Source: Candidatus Eiseniibacteriota bacterium
GTDB taxonomy: Bacteria; Eisenbacteria; RBG-16-71-46; CAIMUX01; VGJL01
Assembly (NCBI GenBank): GCA_963792585.1
Contig: CAWBWI010000006.1
Location: 416,001-480,000, forward strand
Length of the DNA stretch: 64,000 nucleotides
Reading direction: 5' to 3'
A program made the position numbers and the translations under genes. The notes under the pieces were generated by a model that was not told the origin of the DNA, made no database searches, and worked only from the letters and a program-made list of their open reading frames with translations. Of the stretch, positions 1-11,245 are shown in pieces. Within the stretch, counting starts at the first letter, position 1. Each line of letters opens with the position of its first letter.

Positions 1-3000
1 CCTGTACGACGTCCCCCGACGCGATCGACTTCGGGACGGTGGCCGTAGGCGAGTCGGTCGACCGATCCTTCACGATTTCGAACGTGGGGTGCGAAGCGAT
101 CGCGGGGAACATCACCGAAGCATGCGCCGACGTCTCGATCCAGAGCGGAGGAGGACCGTACAGCCTCGCCCCCGGCGGATCGCGGACGGTCAGCGTGCGC
201 TTCCGACCGACCGGCGCCGGCGAGATCGCCTGCACGATCGAGACGGGCGCGCCGTCGTGTCCCGGGGTCGTCTGTACGGGCGAGGGCGGCGCGGCGACAT
301 GCAACCTCGATCCTCCCGCCCTCGAATTCGGGGCGGTTCAGAACGGCAGCTATCGGGACCTCGCGCTGCGGATCGAGAACAACGGAACGGAGACCCTGAG
401 CGGATCGATCCCTCCCTCCTGCGGGGACTTCGAGGTGATCGACGGCAGCGGCGACTACGCGATCCTCCCAGGAGAGGCGCGCAATCTGGTCGTCCGTTTC
501 CATGCGTCCGCCTGCGGCCCCTTTGCGTGCAGCCTCGATCTGGGCAACGCGCTCTGTGAGAGTGTCGAGTGCACGGGGACGAGCGGAGGGTCCGCCTGCT
601 CGGTGACTCCAAATCCGCTCGACTTCGGCGCCATCCCCGTCGGCTCATCGTTGGATCGATCCTTCACCATCACCAACGATGGGTGCGAGACCCTTGCCGG
701 CGCTGTTTCCGACACATGCGGCGCATTCGAGATCGTCGCGGGCGGCGGCGAACTCCAACTCGCTCCGGGCGCTTCGCGCGTGGTCACCGTGCGCTTCACA
801 CCCGCCGATTGCTCGATCCAAGCCTGTTCGATCGCGACCGGAAACGATCTCTGCGGCGCGGTCGCCTGCACGGGTTCAGGACTCGCGGCATCCTGTTCCC
901 TTACGCCCGCGACACTCGACTTCGGCGAGGTTCCACTCGGCGATCAGGCCGAGCTTCCGTTCCGGATCCGCAATACCGGCTGCGCCTCCCTTGATGGGAC
1001 GATCGCCCTTACCTGCCCCGACTACTCCCTCCCCGCCGGCGAGGGCGACTATTCCCTGGCCCCCGGCGAAGAAATGGAGGTGACCGTCCGGTTCCGCCCG
1101 AGCGAGTGCGGTCCGCAAGACTGCACCGTCACGACGGGCGTCACGGACTGCCCTGGGGTGGCGTGCTCAGGAGCGGGCAGCGGAACCGCGTGCGTCCTCG
1201 ACCCCGCGGAAATCTCGTTCGGGTCCGTCGCCGTCGGTCAGACGAAGGATCTCTCCTTCCAGATTCGCAACACGGGGTGCGACGCGATCTCGGGCTCCGT
1301 TTCCGAGGTCTGCGAAGCGTTCACGCTCGTCTCCGGCGGCGGCGACTACGAGCTCGCCCCGGGCGAGTCGCGCGACGTCACCGTCCGCTTCGCCCCGACG
1401 GATTGCGGCCCGAAGTCCTGTGACGTTCAGACGGGGTTCGCGAGCTGCCCGACCGTGGCGTGCTCGGGATCGAGCGATGTGCCGGATTGCTCCTTGTCGC
1501 TGCCGTCCCTCGAGTTCGGCACGGTCGCGCTGGGCCAGTCGGTGGACCGGAGCTTCTCGATCGCCAACGACGGCTGCGGGATCCTGACCGGCCAGGTCGC
1601 CGAGGGTTGCGCCGACTACGCGATCGTGGGCGGCGGAGGAAGCTTCCAGATTCCCGCCGGCCAGTCCCGCCAGGTGACCGTGCGGTTCACACCCACGGCA
1701 TGTGGTCCCCGTCCCTGCACGATTACGACCGGCGCGCCGGCATGCGGCGATGTGGCCTGCGCGGGCATCGGGGCCGGGCAGTCCTGCCAGGTGTTCCCGA
1801 CGACCCTCGACTTCGGCACGGTCGCGCTCGGTCGGTCGGCCGATCTGGATTTCAAGATCACCAACGCCGGGTGTGAATCGATCAGCGGCACGGTCGCGGA
1901 AACCTGCGCCGATTACTCTCTGGTCTCGGGCGGCGGAGCGTATCTGCTTTCGCCGGGGGAGGAGCGCACCGTGACCGTGCGCTTCGCGCCTGGAGGGTGC
2001 GGCACCCGGGGCTGCACGATCACCACCGGAGCGGCGGGGTGCGCAAACGTGAGCGCAACTGGAATCGGCGGCGGGACGGTCTGCTCGCTCGATCCACCGT
2101 CCCTCGCCTTCGGGGACATTCCCGTCGGCGGCTCGGCGACCCGGCAGTTCTCGATCCGGAACGACGGTTGCACGATCATCAGCGGAGCGGTCAGCGCGAC
2201 CTGCGTCGACTACACGATTGCAGCCGGCGACGGTGCCTTCGACCTCTCGCCCGGGGAGTCGCACGACGTCACCGTGCGCTTCTCCCCCACCGGTTGTGGA
2301 GCGCACCCGTGCACGATCGCCACGGGCTCGACCTCGTGCGAAGACGTACCGTGCACGGGCAGCGGCAGCGGCACCCTGTGTACCGTCACGCCAACTCTGC
2401 TCGACTTCGGATCCGCGCCGGTGGGCGACTTCGTGGATCGATCGTTCACGATACGAAACGACGGCTGTGATCGGATCCTGGGCGCGGTCGGCGAGTTGTG
2501 CGCCGACTTCTCAATTCCGTCGGGTGGTGGCCCGTACGACCTGGGAGCGGGCGAGAGCCTGCGAGTGACGGTCCGCTTCCAGCCGTCCACTCCCGGCGAA
2601 AAGGCCTGCACGGTGGAAACGGGTAGCGGCGCCTGCGCCGATGTTTCCTGCGTGGGGCTCGCCTGCCCAACCTCGCCGGTGACCCTCTTCGCGACCATGG
2701 ATGCGACGATCCGATCCGGCGCGCCCGATCAGAACGGTTGCCTCGAGCCCCTCCTCCATGTCGGCGTCGAGACCGGCGGAGGGGAGGAGGAGCGGGCGCT
2801 GTTTTCCTTTGATCTGGGCCAGATCCCGCCGGGCGCGATCGTGACCGACGTGTTACTGGCCGCCTACGAGGACGGCTGCGACCCCGTCCCCGTGACGGGG
2901 CGCGTGGCGAGCGACCTCTTGCTCCTGGAGGACGCGTGGGATGAGTGCTCCGTGACCTGGAGCAACGCGCCTGGAAGCGCGAGCCTGTCCTGCTCGGGCA

Positions 3001-3203
3001 CCTTCTTCTGCGACATCCCCGGGTACTATTTCTACACGTGCGGTTCGCTGGCGTCGGCGATCCAGGGCTGGATCGCCGATCCCTCCACGAATCACGGGCT
3101 CGCGATCGCGCCGACGAGCGCGCAGGACGGCGCCGCGACCCTGCTGTCGCGCCGTTTTGGCTCGAACGCGCCGCAATTGAAGGTCTGGTTCACCTGCCCG
3201 TGA
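1..3203 (+). CDS. Large extracellular Cys-rich protein: at least 9 tandem ~100-aa Ig-like (choice-of-anchor D/ASH-like) repeats plus C-terminal DNRLRE/CBM96-like domain; 5'-truncated by the window
   Basis: Repeating motif CxxxPxxLDFGxVxxG..F.I.NxGC..GGGxYxLxPGxSRxVTVRFxP. C-terminus DATIRS..N..RALFSFDL..IP.GA..WDE..VTW.NAP..PQL.V. The frame is open from base 3 (CTTSPTAIDFGTVAVG), so GTG 39 is not the true start. Confidence 0.85.
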   Translation, partial: CTTSPDAIDFGTVAVGESVDRSFTISNVGCEAIAGNITEACADVSIQSGGGPYSLAPGGSRTVSVRFRPTGAGEIACTIETGAPSCPGVVCTGEGGAATCNLDPPALEFGAVQNGSYRDLALRIENNGTETLSGSIPPSCGDFEVIDGSGDYAILPGEARNLVVRFHASACGPFACSLDLGNALCESVECTGTSGGSACSVTPNPLDFGAIPVGSSLDRSFTITNDGCETLAGAVSDTCGAFEIVAGGGELQLAPGASRVVTVRFTPADCSIQACSIATGNDLCGAVACTGSGLAASCSLTPATLDFGEVPLGDQAELPFRIRNTGCASLDGTIALTCPDYSLPAGEGDYSLAPGEEMEVTVRFRPSECGPQDCTVTTGVTDCPGVACSGAGSGTACVLDPAEISFGSVAVGQTKDLSFQIRNTGCDAISGSVSEVCEAFTLVSGGGDYELAPGESRDVTVRFAPTDCGPKSCDVQTGFASCPTVACSGSSDVPDCSLSLPSLEFGTVALGQSVDRSFSIANDGCGILTGQVAEGCADYAIVGGGGSFQIPAGQSRQVTVRFTPTACGPRPCTITTGAPACGDVACAGIGAGQSCQVFPTTLDFGTVALGRSADLDFKITNAGCESISGTVAETCADYSLVSGGGAYLLSPGEERTVTVRFAPGGCGTRGCTITTGAAGCANVSATGIGGGTVCSLDPPSLAFGDIPVGGSATRQFSIRNDGCTIISGAVSATCVDYTIAAGDGAFDLSPGESHDVTVRFSPTGCGAHPCTIATGSTSCEDVPCTGSGSGTLCTVTPTLLDFGSAPVGDFVDRSFTIRNDGCDRILGAVGELCADFSIPSGGGPYDLGAGESLRVTVRFQPSTPGEKACTVETGSGACADVSCVGLACPTSPVTLFATMDATIRSGAPDQNGCLEPLLHVGVETGGGEEERALFSFDLGQIPPGAIVTDVLLAAYEDGCDPVPVTGRVASDLLLLEDAWDECSVTWSNAPGSASLSCSGTFFCDIPGYYFYTCGSLASAIQGWIADPSTNHGLAIAPTSAQDGAATLLSRRFGSNAPQLKVWFTCP
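3..2670 (+). repeat. Nine imperfect ~300-bp intragenic tandem repeats
   Basis: Recurrent (C/G)TCGA(C/G)TTCGG and GT(C/G)AC(C/G)GT(C/G)CG(C/G)TTC blocks at ~300-bp period, matching the protein repeats. Confidence 0.85.
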
Positions 3204-3212
3204 GGCGGGAGG

Positions 3213-4031
3213 TCAATCGGTCAGGAGCTGCACGGCAATCGTCTTCTTCTCGCCGTTCCGGAAGTACTCGAGAGCGACCTTCTTGCCCTGATTTGCCACG
3301 ACAGCGTCGAAGAACTGGTCCGGGTCGAAAACGTCGAGGTCCGCAATGCGGGTGAGGATGTCGCCGCGAAGGATATCGCTCTGAAATGCGGGAGAGCGCC
3401 TGATCACCGCACGGACCGATACGCCCCGATTCGATTGCAATTGCTGTCTTTCCCTCTCATCGAGAGCGGCGACGAGAACGCCGAAGATCGGCGGTTTCGA
3501 CTTGGCCCAGTAGGTCGCAGCATAGTCGTAATAATCGGTCGTCTCCGGGATGTACTGGGTGCGGAACTCCCCCTCGATGACCTTCGTGGTTTCACGCTCC
3601 CACATCTGACCTGCATTCGGGCCGCCCTGGACCACACCGGTTTCCGTGGTCGTGATCTCGCGATCCGGAATCCACACGCTCATCGGCACCGCCTCGGTGA
3701 GGCTGGTCGCGTGCCTCTGCGCAACCAGGATGACCGAAGCGCCGATCTCCTCGGACACCTTGCGGGCCAGCTTCGGATCGACTTCCGGGCTCCGGAAGAC
3801 GGAACGCCCCAGAAGCAGGTAACCGTCCTCCATCATTCGGATCGCGTCTCTTCTCATATCGTTCGATGTGACGATCTTGGCCGGTCCTTCGGGCGCGAGG
3901 AGGCGCCCCACCTCACCGCTCGGCCACCTCTCCAGGCTGCTCGTGTACGACTTGCGGAATGGGTTCGCGCACGCGCAAACGACGAGCAGGATGAGCAGGC
4001 ACCCCCCCAGAAACTTCGGCGGTCTTGGCAT
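3213..4031 (-). CDS. PDZ-domain putative lipoprotein
   Basis: GGAGG 8 nt before ATG 4031; hydrophobic signal ending VVCAC; C-terminal PDZ (IFGV...GVSVRAVIRRSPA...ILRGDILTRI...RNGEKK). Confidence 0.75.
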   Translation of the reverse strand: MPRPPKFLGGCLLILLVVCACANPFRKSYTSSLERWPSGEVGRLLAPEGPAKIVTSNDMRRDAIRMMEDGYLLLGRSVFRSPEVDPKLARKVSEEIGASVILVAQRHATSLTEAVPMSVWIPDREITTTETGVVQGGPNAGQMWERETTKVIEGEFRTQYIPETTDYYDYAATYWAKSKPPIFGVLVAALDERERQQLQSNRGVSVRAVIRRSPAFQSDILRGDILTRIADLDVFDPDQFFDAVVANQGKKVALEYFRNGEKKTIAVQLLTD

Positions 4032-4388
4032 GGGGAAAACCTCCAGCTTCATCGGACGATCACCACGATCGGACCGAACCACGCGATAGTAGCAGCACGC
4101 CCATCTCCGTCAAGGCACGGGTTGGGGGCCCACGGGTCCGCGTTTGCGACGCTTTACGAGGCAGAGACGATCGCCGCGGCCGGCCCGGGAGGGGTTGCGC
4201 ACTCCCCGCTCCTCCCGGTAAACTTGACCTGGGTCGGTTTCGATCCCGCCTGGAGAACGAACCATGTCACGCCGCATCCAGATCATCCTGCGCGTTGTCG
4301 CGCTTGTCTTCGGGAGCACGTAAACCCGCTCCTTCCGCACCCCCGTATTCTGTAACTCATTTCGTTTCAAGCCGGAAGGAGATGCGTC

Positions 4389-5753
4389 ATGTTTCGCACA
4401 CGGATCCCGCCCCAGGACGTCCGCGCGACCCTGAAGAAGCACATGCTGGCCGACGGTTACGATCAGATCCTCGACCTCGACAGGAGCCATGGGTCCTGGA
4501 TCGTCGACGCCCGCGATGGGCGCGAGTACGTCGACCTGTTCACATTCTATGCGGCGATGCCGCTGGGCCTGAATCACCCTAAGATGAAGACCGACGAGGT
4601 GATCCGCCACCTCGGACACGTCGCCTTGAACAAGCCGACCAACTCCGACATCTATACGACCGTCATGGCCGAATTCGTGGAGACCTTCGCGCGCGTCGCG
4701 ATCCCGGACTCGCTTCCCTATCTCTTCCTCGTCGAGGGCGGCGCGGTCGCCGTCGAGAACCTGCTCAAGATGGCCTTCGACTGGAAGGTCCGGAAAAACT
4801 TCAAGAAGGGCCTCACGGAGGAGAAGGGGCAGAAGATCATCCACTTCCGCGAGTGCTTCCACGGGCGGACGGGATACACGATGTCGATGACCGACAGCCA
4901 CGATCCGCAGAAGACCCGTTACTTCCCGAAGTTCCCCTGGCCGCGGATCACCAACCCGAAGATCACCTTCCCACTGAACGCGCACAACCTGGAGAAGGTG
5001 ATCGCCCTCGAGGCTCAGGCGATCCAGGAGATCGAGCAGGCGGTCCATGACAATCCGGACGACATAGCGGGACTCCTGATCGAGCCGATTCAGGCGGAGG
5101 GGGGCGACAACCACTTCCGTCCCGAGTTCTTCCAGAAACTGCGCCAGTTGGCGGACAAGCACGAGTTCCTGCTGCTCGTCGACGAGGTGCAGACCGGGAC
5201 GTGCATCACCGGCACTTTCTGGGCGCACACCCAGATGGGCGTCGTGGTCGACGGGCTCGCCTTCGGCAAGAAGATGCAGGTCTGCGGGATCCTCGGCGGC
5301 AAGCGACTCGACGAGGTCGACGATCACGTCTTCAAGATTTCGAGCCGGATCAACTCGACTTGGGGCGGCAACCTCGTCGACATGGCGCGCAGCCGGCTGC
5401 ACCTGGAGATCATCGAGGAAGAGAAGATCATGGAGCACGTGCAGGTCGAGGGAACCTATCTCCTCTCCCGCCTTCACGAGATAGAGAAGGAGCTTCCCGG
5501 GGTGATCTCGAACGTGCGCGGGCGCGGCCTGGTCTGCGCGTTCGACCTCGAGGACGGAGCCGTACGAAAAGAAGTCCTGAACGCAGGGCTCGCCGAGGGG
5601 GTCTTCTGCCTCGGCTGCGGCAACCGCTCGATCCGATTCAGACCAGCGCTCAACATTCCCCATGACGTTCTCGAGGAGGGTCTCGTCCGCCTCACGCGCG
5701 CCCTGCACAAGGTCGCGAAGCTGCACCCCGCTGCGGGCGCAGTCAAGGGATGA
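4389..5753 (+). CDS. lat: L-lysine 6-aminotransferase (class III PLP enzyme)
   Basis: Lat-typical motifs KPTNSDIY, GGAVAVENLLKMAFDWK, FHGRTGYT, IEPIQAEGGD, DEVQTG, FGKK, SRINSTWGG; AAGGAG SD. Confidence 0.9.
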   Translation: MFRTRIPPQDVRATLKKHMLADGYDQILDLDRSHGSWIVDARDGREYVDLFTFYAAMPLGLNHPKMKTDEVIRHLGHVALNKPTNSDIYTTVMAEFVETFARVAIPDSLPYLFLVEGGAVAVENLLKMAFDWKVRKNFKKGLTEEKGQKIIHFRECFHGRTGYTMSMTDSHDPQKTRYFPKFPWPRITNPKITFPLNAHNLEKVIALEAQAIQEIEQAVHDNPDDIAGLLIEPIQAEGGDNHFRPEFFQKLRQLADKHEFLLLVDEVQTGTCITGTFWAHTQMGVVVDGLAFGKKMQVCGILGGKRLDEVDDHVFKISSRINSTWGGNLVDMARSRLHLEIIEEEKIMEHVQVEGTYLLSRLHEIEKELPGVISNVRGRGLVCAFDLEDGAVRKEVLNAGLAEGVFCLGCGNRSIRFRPALNIPHDVLEEGLVRLTRALHKVAKLHPAAGAVKG

Positions 5754-6799
5754 ACCTTCCGCCCGCAGGATCGACCGAGGTCCTGATCGAGGTGACGCGC
5801 GGCCCCGAGGTGGAGTCGATCCACCGCGGGGCCGTCGCCGTCTCCGACGCGCATGGGCGCATCGTCGCATTCGCGGGTGATCCGGAGTTGCCCGCATTCG
5901 TGCGATCCGCCGCGAAACCGTTCCAGGCGATGGGCCTCTTCGAGACTGGGGTCATGGAGCGCGCCGGGCTCACGGACGAGGAGTTGGCGATCGTCATCTC
6001 TTCGCACAGCGGCGAGCCGTTCCACCTGAAGCTCGTCGAGTCGGTGCAGCGGAAGACGGGCGTGCGGGCCGATTGGCTTCAGTGCGGCATCCATCCCCCG
6101 TTCGACCCGGTCACGCGGCGGGAGATGGCGCGCGCCGGCGTTTCGGCCACGCCGATGCACAACAACTGTTCCGGGAAACACACGGGGATGCTCGCCGTCT
6201 CGCTCGCGATGGGCGCCGCCATCGAGAGCTACATTGATCCGGACCATCCGGTGCAAGCCGGTAACCGGCGGAGGTTGGCGATGCTGGCCGGGATCCCGGC
6301 GGATGCCGTCGGTGTTGCGATCGACGGCTGCTCCGCCCCCGCATTCCGGCTCCCCCTGGGGCGCTTCGCCACGGCGATGGCGCGGCTCACGGCCGCGGGC
6401 GCGGCGGGCGCGGCGGAATCGGCGCCGGGACTCGCGGCCTGCTGGCGCGCGATGGTGGACCACCCGGATATCATCGCCGGCACACGCGAACGGCTCGACA
6501 CGCCGCTCATGCGCGCGGCGCGGGAGGCGGGCCTGCCGCTGGTCGCCAAGGCGGGAGCGGAAGGTACCTACACGATCGGCGTGCTCACTCCCGATGGACC
6601 GGTCGGGATCGCGCTGAAGGTGGAGGACGGAGGCGAGCGAGGACGCAATTCGGTCGCGATCGAGGCCCTGGCGCAACTCGGCCTCCTGACCGAATCGATG
6701 GCGGCGGCGATGCGAGAGTACCATCGCCCGCAGCTCCGCAATTTCGCAGGCCGGGATGTGGGCGAGCTTCGACCGCGCTTCGCCCTCCGTCGGCGGTGA
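5750..6799 (+). CDS. ansA: L-asparaginase II (Rhizobium AnsA type)
   Basis: RSAAKPFQA, SHSGEPFH, NNCSGKH, DGCSAP, KAGAEG, KVEDG motifs; ATGA overlap with the lat stop. Confidence 0.85.
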   Translation: MNLPPAGSTEVLIEVTRGPEVESIHRGAVAVSDAHGRIVAFAGDPELPAFVRSAAKPFQAMGLFETGVMERAGLTDEELAIVISSHSGEPFHLKLVESVQRKTGVRADWLQCGIHPPFDPVTRREMARAGVSATPMHNNCSGKHTGMLAVSLAMGAAIESYIDPDHPVQAGNRRRLAMLAGIPADAVGVAIDGCSAPAFRLPLGRFATAMARLTAAGAAGAAESAPGLAACWRAMVDHPDIIAGTRERLDTPLMRAAREAGLPLVAKAGAEGTYTIGVLTPDGPVGIALKVEDGGERGRNSVAIEALAQLGLLTESMAAAMREYHRPQLRNFAGRDVGELRPRFALRRR

Positions 6800-6843
6800 C
6801 ATTCGCCGACAATGATGGCGATTGCGAAGGAGATCCGTCGTCG

Positions 6844-6872
6844 TTGACATCCGCGCCGCGAAGTCGCAATCT
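6844..6872 (+). promoter_or_regulatory. Putative sigma70 promoter of the thiC leader
   Basis: TTGACA (6844-6849), 17 bp, CAATCT, directly upstream of the TPP aptamer. Confidence 0.45.
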
Positions 6873-6882
6873 AATAGGTCCA

Positions 6883-8446
<1,564 letters not shown>

Positions 8447-8506
8447 GGGCTGGCCTGAAAGGGCGGTCTCGGCGCATCATAGGTACGGGGTTGCCAAGGA
8501 GGACGC

Positions 8507-11236
8507 ATGTCACCTGCCGCTTGGCGTCGTCTGCCCGTCGCCATCCTGGTTCTCATCGCCTGCACGACTTCGCCCGCGGGTGCCGAGACGCCCGCGGGCC
8601 GTCTCGTGGTGCGCCTCACGGGGCAGCCGCCCGCCGGGATCGTCGCGCCCAGCATCACCGTGAGCGGTCCTACGGGTAGCCAGTCGACTCTGATCGGCGC
8701 CCTGGCACTGGCAACCGGTGAAGTGCGTTTCGATGCCCTCCGAGCGGGGACCTACGAGGTCCATCTCGAGGGATCCTCGTCCGGCCCGATTCGCGCCGAA
8801 GTGGGGGTGTTCGCGGGTTCGACGGCGGTCCTCGCCGCCGATCTCGAACGCGGCATTCTGCGGACCGACGCCCTTCGCCCCGATCCCTTCGGTGTGGACG
8901 ACGCGTGGGACGCTCCGTGGATCGAGGCCCTCCCGGGGGCAGGCGAGGACGCGCCCCGTGCCGCATCGACGGCTCCAGGTGGTCCCTATACGACGGCGAT
9001 CGACGGAGTCGGACTCGCGAGCGGCGGTTCGCGGCAGGATATCCGCGTGGGCGGAGCAGCAATGGCGCGCGCGTCGAGCGTTCCGCTGGGCCTCTCCTCC
9101 GCCGCGAGCAGCGGTGGGTCCCGCCGGACGTTATCGATGTCGGATCCCGCGTACGCGTCCTTCGAAGGGGCCACGGGCATGCTCGGCCGCTCCTCGTTCG
9201 AGGGGACGATCGCGCACGCCTTCCGGTCCACGGCCTGGCAACCGCAGCTGCTCATCACGACCCGCTCTCGAGACTACTTGAACGCCGGCGGAAGCGTCTT
9301 CCAGACATCCCGGCTGCCCCACGACGGCCTGGAGGCGCTCGAGCTCTATACGCGCGTGGAGGCCGCGCCGTCGGCGGCGACGCGCCTCTCCTTCCTGTTA
9401 TACGGTGAGGGTTCGAAACGCAATTACTTCATCGAATCGTATCGGCACGACCCGACCCATTCCCCGCGGCAGGATCGCGCCGACTTTCTCGCGACCCTTC
9501 GGCTCGACCGCGAGGTGCGCCGCGGCATGCAGGTCCGCGCCGAACTCGGCTGGCAGAGGTCCCTCGTCGCCATGGGCGATGGTCGCTACTTCGACGACCT
9601 GGAGAAATACGACCGATCGCTGTTCGGTAATCCGGGACCCGATCCTGCGCTGGGCGGTCTGTACTGGCTCGGAGACAATCGCTCCACACTCGCCGACGAG
9701 GGACACGTATACAATTCGTACCGGAAGAATGTTCAGGTCGACCTGAACGCGAAGGTGGAGATCTGGCGCAATCCCGGTACGGTCCGCACCGACGGCGCGG
9801 GGCTTTCGCTCCGTCGCGGGACCTACCGGAGCTACGAGCACTTCAACCCGGTTCAGGGAAGCACCACGAGCGTCCATGCGATCGGCTACGACGCGACGGG
9901 AGATCGACACAGCAACGCGGCGGATCGGGAACCGGGCCGTCCGATCGAGCTGGCCGGCTTCGGAACGGCGCGGCGTCCGGCGCTCGGCGGCGAGGTCGAG
10001 GTCGGAGCACGGCTAAGCGTCTATCGTGCGGGGCAACGGCCGCTGAAGGACCTGTCGAGGCCGCTGAGGCTGGTGGACGGCGAAGAGGTCGGACTCGATC
10101 TCGCGGACGCAGAGACCCGCGTGACCCTCGATCCACGGCTCGGATTCACCCGCGCGTTCGCCGGGAGCTATCGGTTCTGGCTGACCGGGGGAATCGAAAC
10201 GCAGGCACTCCCCTCTGAGGCGGTCTTCTACAGCGCGGCGTATCTCCGGCAGGCCGCGGCCGCGCAGGATGACGCGAATGCGGGCTTCGCCTTCGGGAAC
10301 CCAGCCCTGCGGCCGGAGAGGAACGCGAGCGTGCTCGCAGCCCTCGGGCGACCGCTGGGCCGAACTCTCACGCTGCGCGGGGGTGCAACGGCCGAACGAA
10401 CGACGGATGCGATCACCCCGCGTCGCTTCTATGTTCCCCGCGGGACCGCCGGGGCGATCGATTCGCTCGTCTACTACGTCAACGGGGACGCGCGGGACCG
10501 GGTCGGTCTCTTCGCGCGCGTCGAGTGGGAACCCTCCGGGCGTGTCCGGGCTCGGTTGTCCTACGACCTGTCCCGCGCGCGCACGCGCACCGTCGAACCC
10601 TCCGTTCTGGACGAAGGCTGGTTGGACCAGGACCTCCCGGGCAGAAGGGCCGACCTTCGCGAGGGACTCCCGTCGATCTTCCCCTCCAGCGATGATGGCA
10701 CATCGCGCGACCCGTACCCGTCCGACTTCGATCGCAGACATCGGGTCGCCGCCGCAATCGCGGTGCGAACCCCCCGGGACCTGATCGGCGAGACGGGGCG
10801 GTTCCTCTTCACCGATTTCGAGATCACCGCCCTGGCCCACGGGGCCTCCGGCGGCCCATTCTCCTGGACGCAGATCGATGAGCCGAGCGGCAGCGCAAGC
10901 CTTCCTCAGCCGATCGCGCTGGAGGCGACCGGCGTCACCCGCAACAGCGGCCGGCTGCCATGGACCGGGCAGCTCGATCTCCGCGTGGCCAAGAGCCTGG
11001 ACATCCGCAAGACGCGCGCCCAGATCTGGGTCGAGGGAACCAATCTGACGGATCACCGCAACGTCGTCCGCGTCTACAGCGCGACCGGAAAGGCGGACGA
11101 CGATGCGTGGCTGGACTACGGCGGGGCCGAGAGCACGGCAGCGGCCTCACAACTCTATCAGAATCGTTTGAAGGATCCGCGACACTACGGGGAGCCGCGG
11201 CTGTTCCGGGCGGGTATCCGGCTGGACCTGCCATAG
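8507..11236 (+). CDS. TonB-dependent receptor-like outer-membrane beta-barrel with N-terminal carboxypeptidase-regulatory-like domain
   Basis: Signal peptide; barrel motifs GNPALRPE, DFDRRHR, GGPFS, RLPWTGQLDLR, NLTDHRN, PRLFRAGIRLDL at the C-terminus; AAGGAGG SD. Confidence 0.75.
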   Translation: MSPAAWRRLPVAILVLIACTTSPAGAETPAGRLVVRLTGQPPAGIVAPSITVSGPTGSQSTLIGALALATGEVRFDALRAGTYEVHLEGSSSGPIRAEVGVFAGSTAVLAADLERGILRTDALRPDPFGVDDAWDAPWIEALPGAGEDAPRAASTAPGGPYTTAIDGVGLASGGSRQDIRVGGAAMARASSVPLGLSSAASSGGSRRTLSMSDPAYASFEGATGMLGRSSFEGTIAHAFRSTAWQPQLLITTRSRDYLNAGGSVFQTSRLPHDGLEALELYTRVEAAPSAATRLSFLLYGEGSKRNYFIESYRHDPTHSPRQDRADFLATLRLDREVRRGMQVRAELGWQRSLVAMGDGRYFDDLEKYDRSLFGNPGPDPALGGLYWLGDNRSTLADEGHVYNSYRKNVQVDLNAKVEIWRNPGTVRTDGAGLSLRRGTYRSYEHFNPVQGSTTSVHAIGYDATGDRHSNAADREPGRPIELAGFGTARRPALGGEVEVGARLSVYRAGQRPLKDLSRPLRLVDGEEVGLDLADAETRVTLDPRLGFTRAFAGSYRFWLTGGIETQALPSEAVFYSAAYLRQAAAAQDDANAGFAFGNPALRPERNASVLAALGRPLGRTLTLRGGATAERTTDAITPRRFYVPRGTAGAIDSLVYYVNGDARDRVGLFARVEWEPSGRVRARLSYDLSRARTRTVEPSVLDEGWLDQDLPGRRADLREGLPSIFPSSDDGTSRDPYPSDFDRRHRVAAAIAVRTPRDLIGETGRFLFTDFEITALAHGASGGPFSWTQIDEPSGSASLPQPIALEATGVTRNSGRLPWTGQLDLRVAKSLDIRKTRAQIWVEGTNLTDHRNVVRVYSATGKADDDAWLDYGGAESTAAASQLYQNRLKDPRHYGEPRLFRAGIRLDLP

Positions 11237-11245
11237 GGGAGGAGA

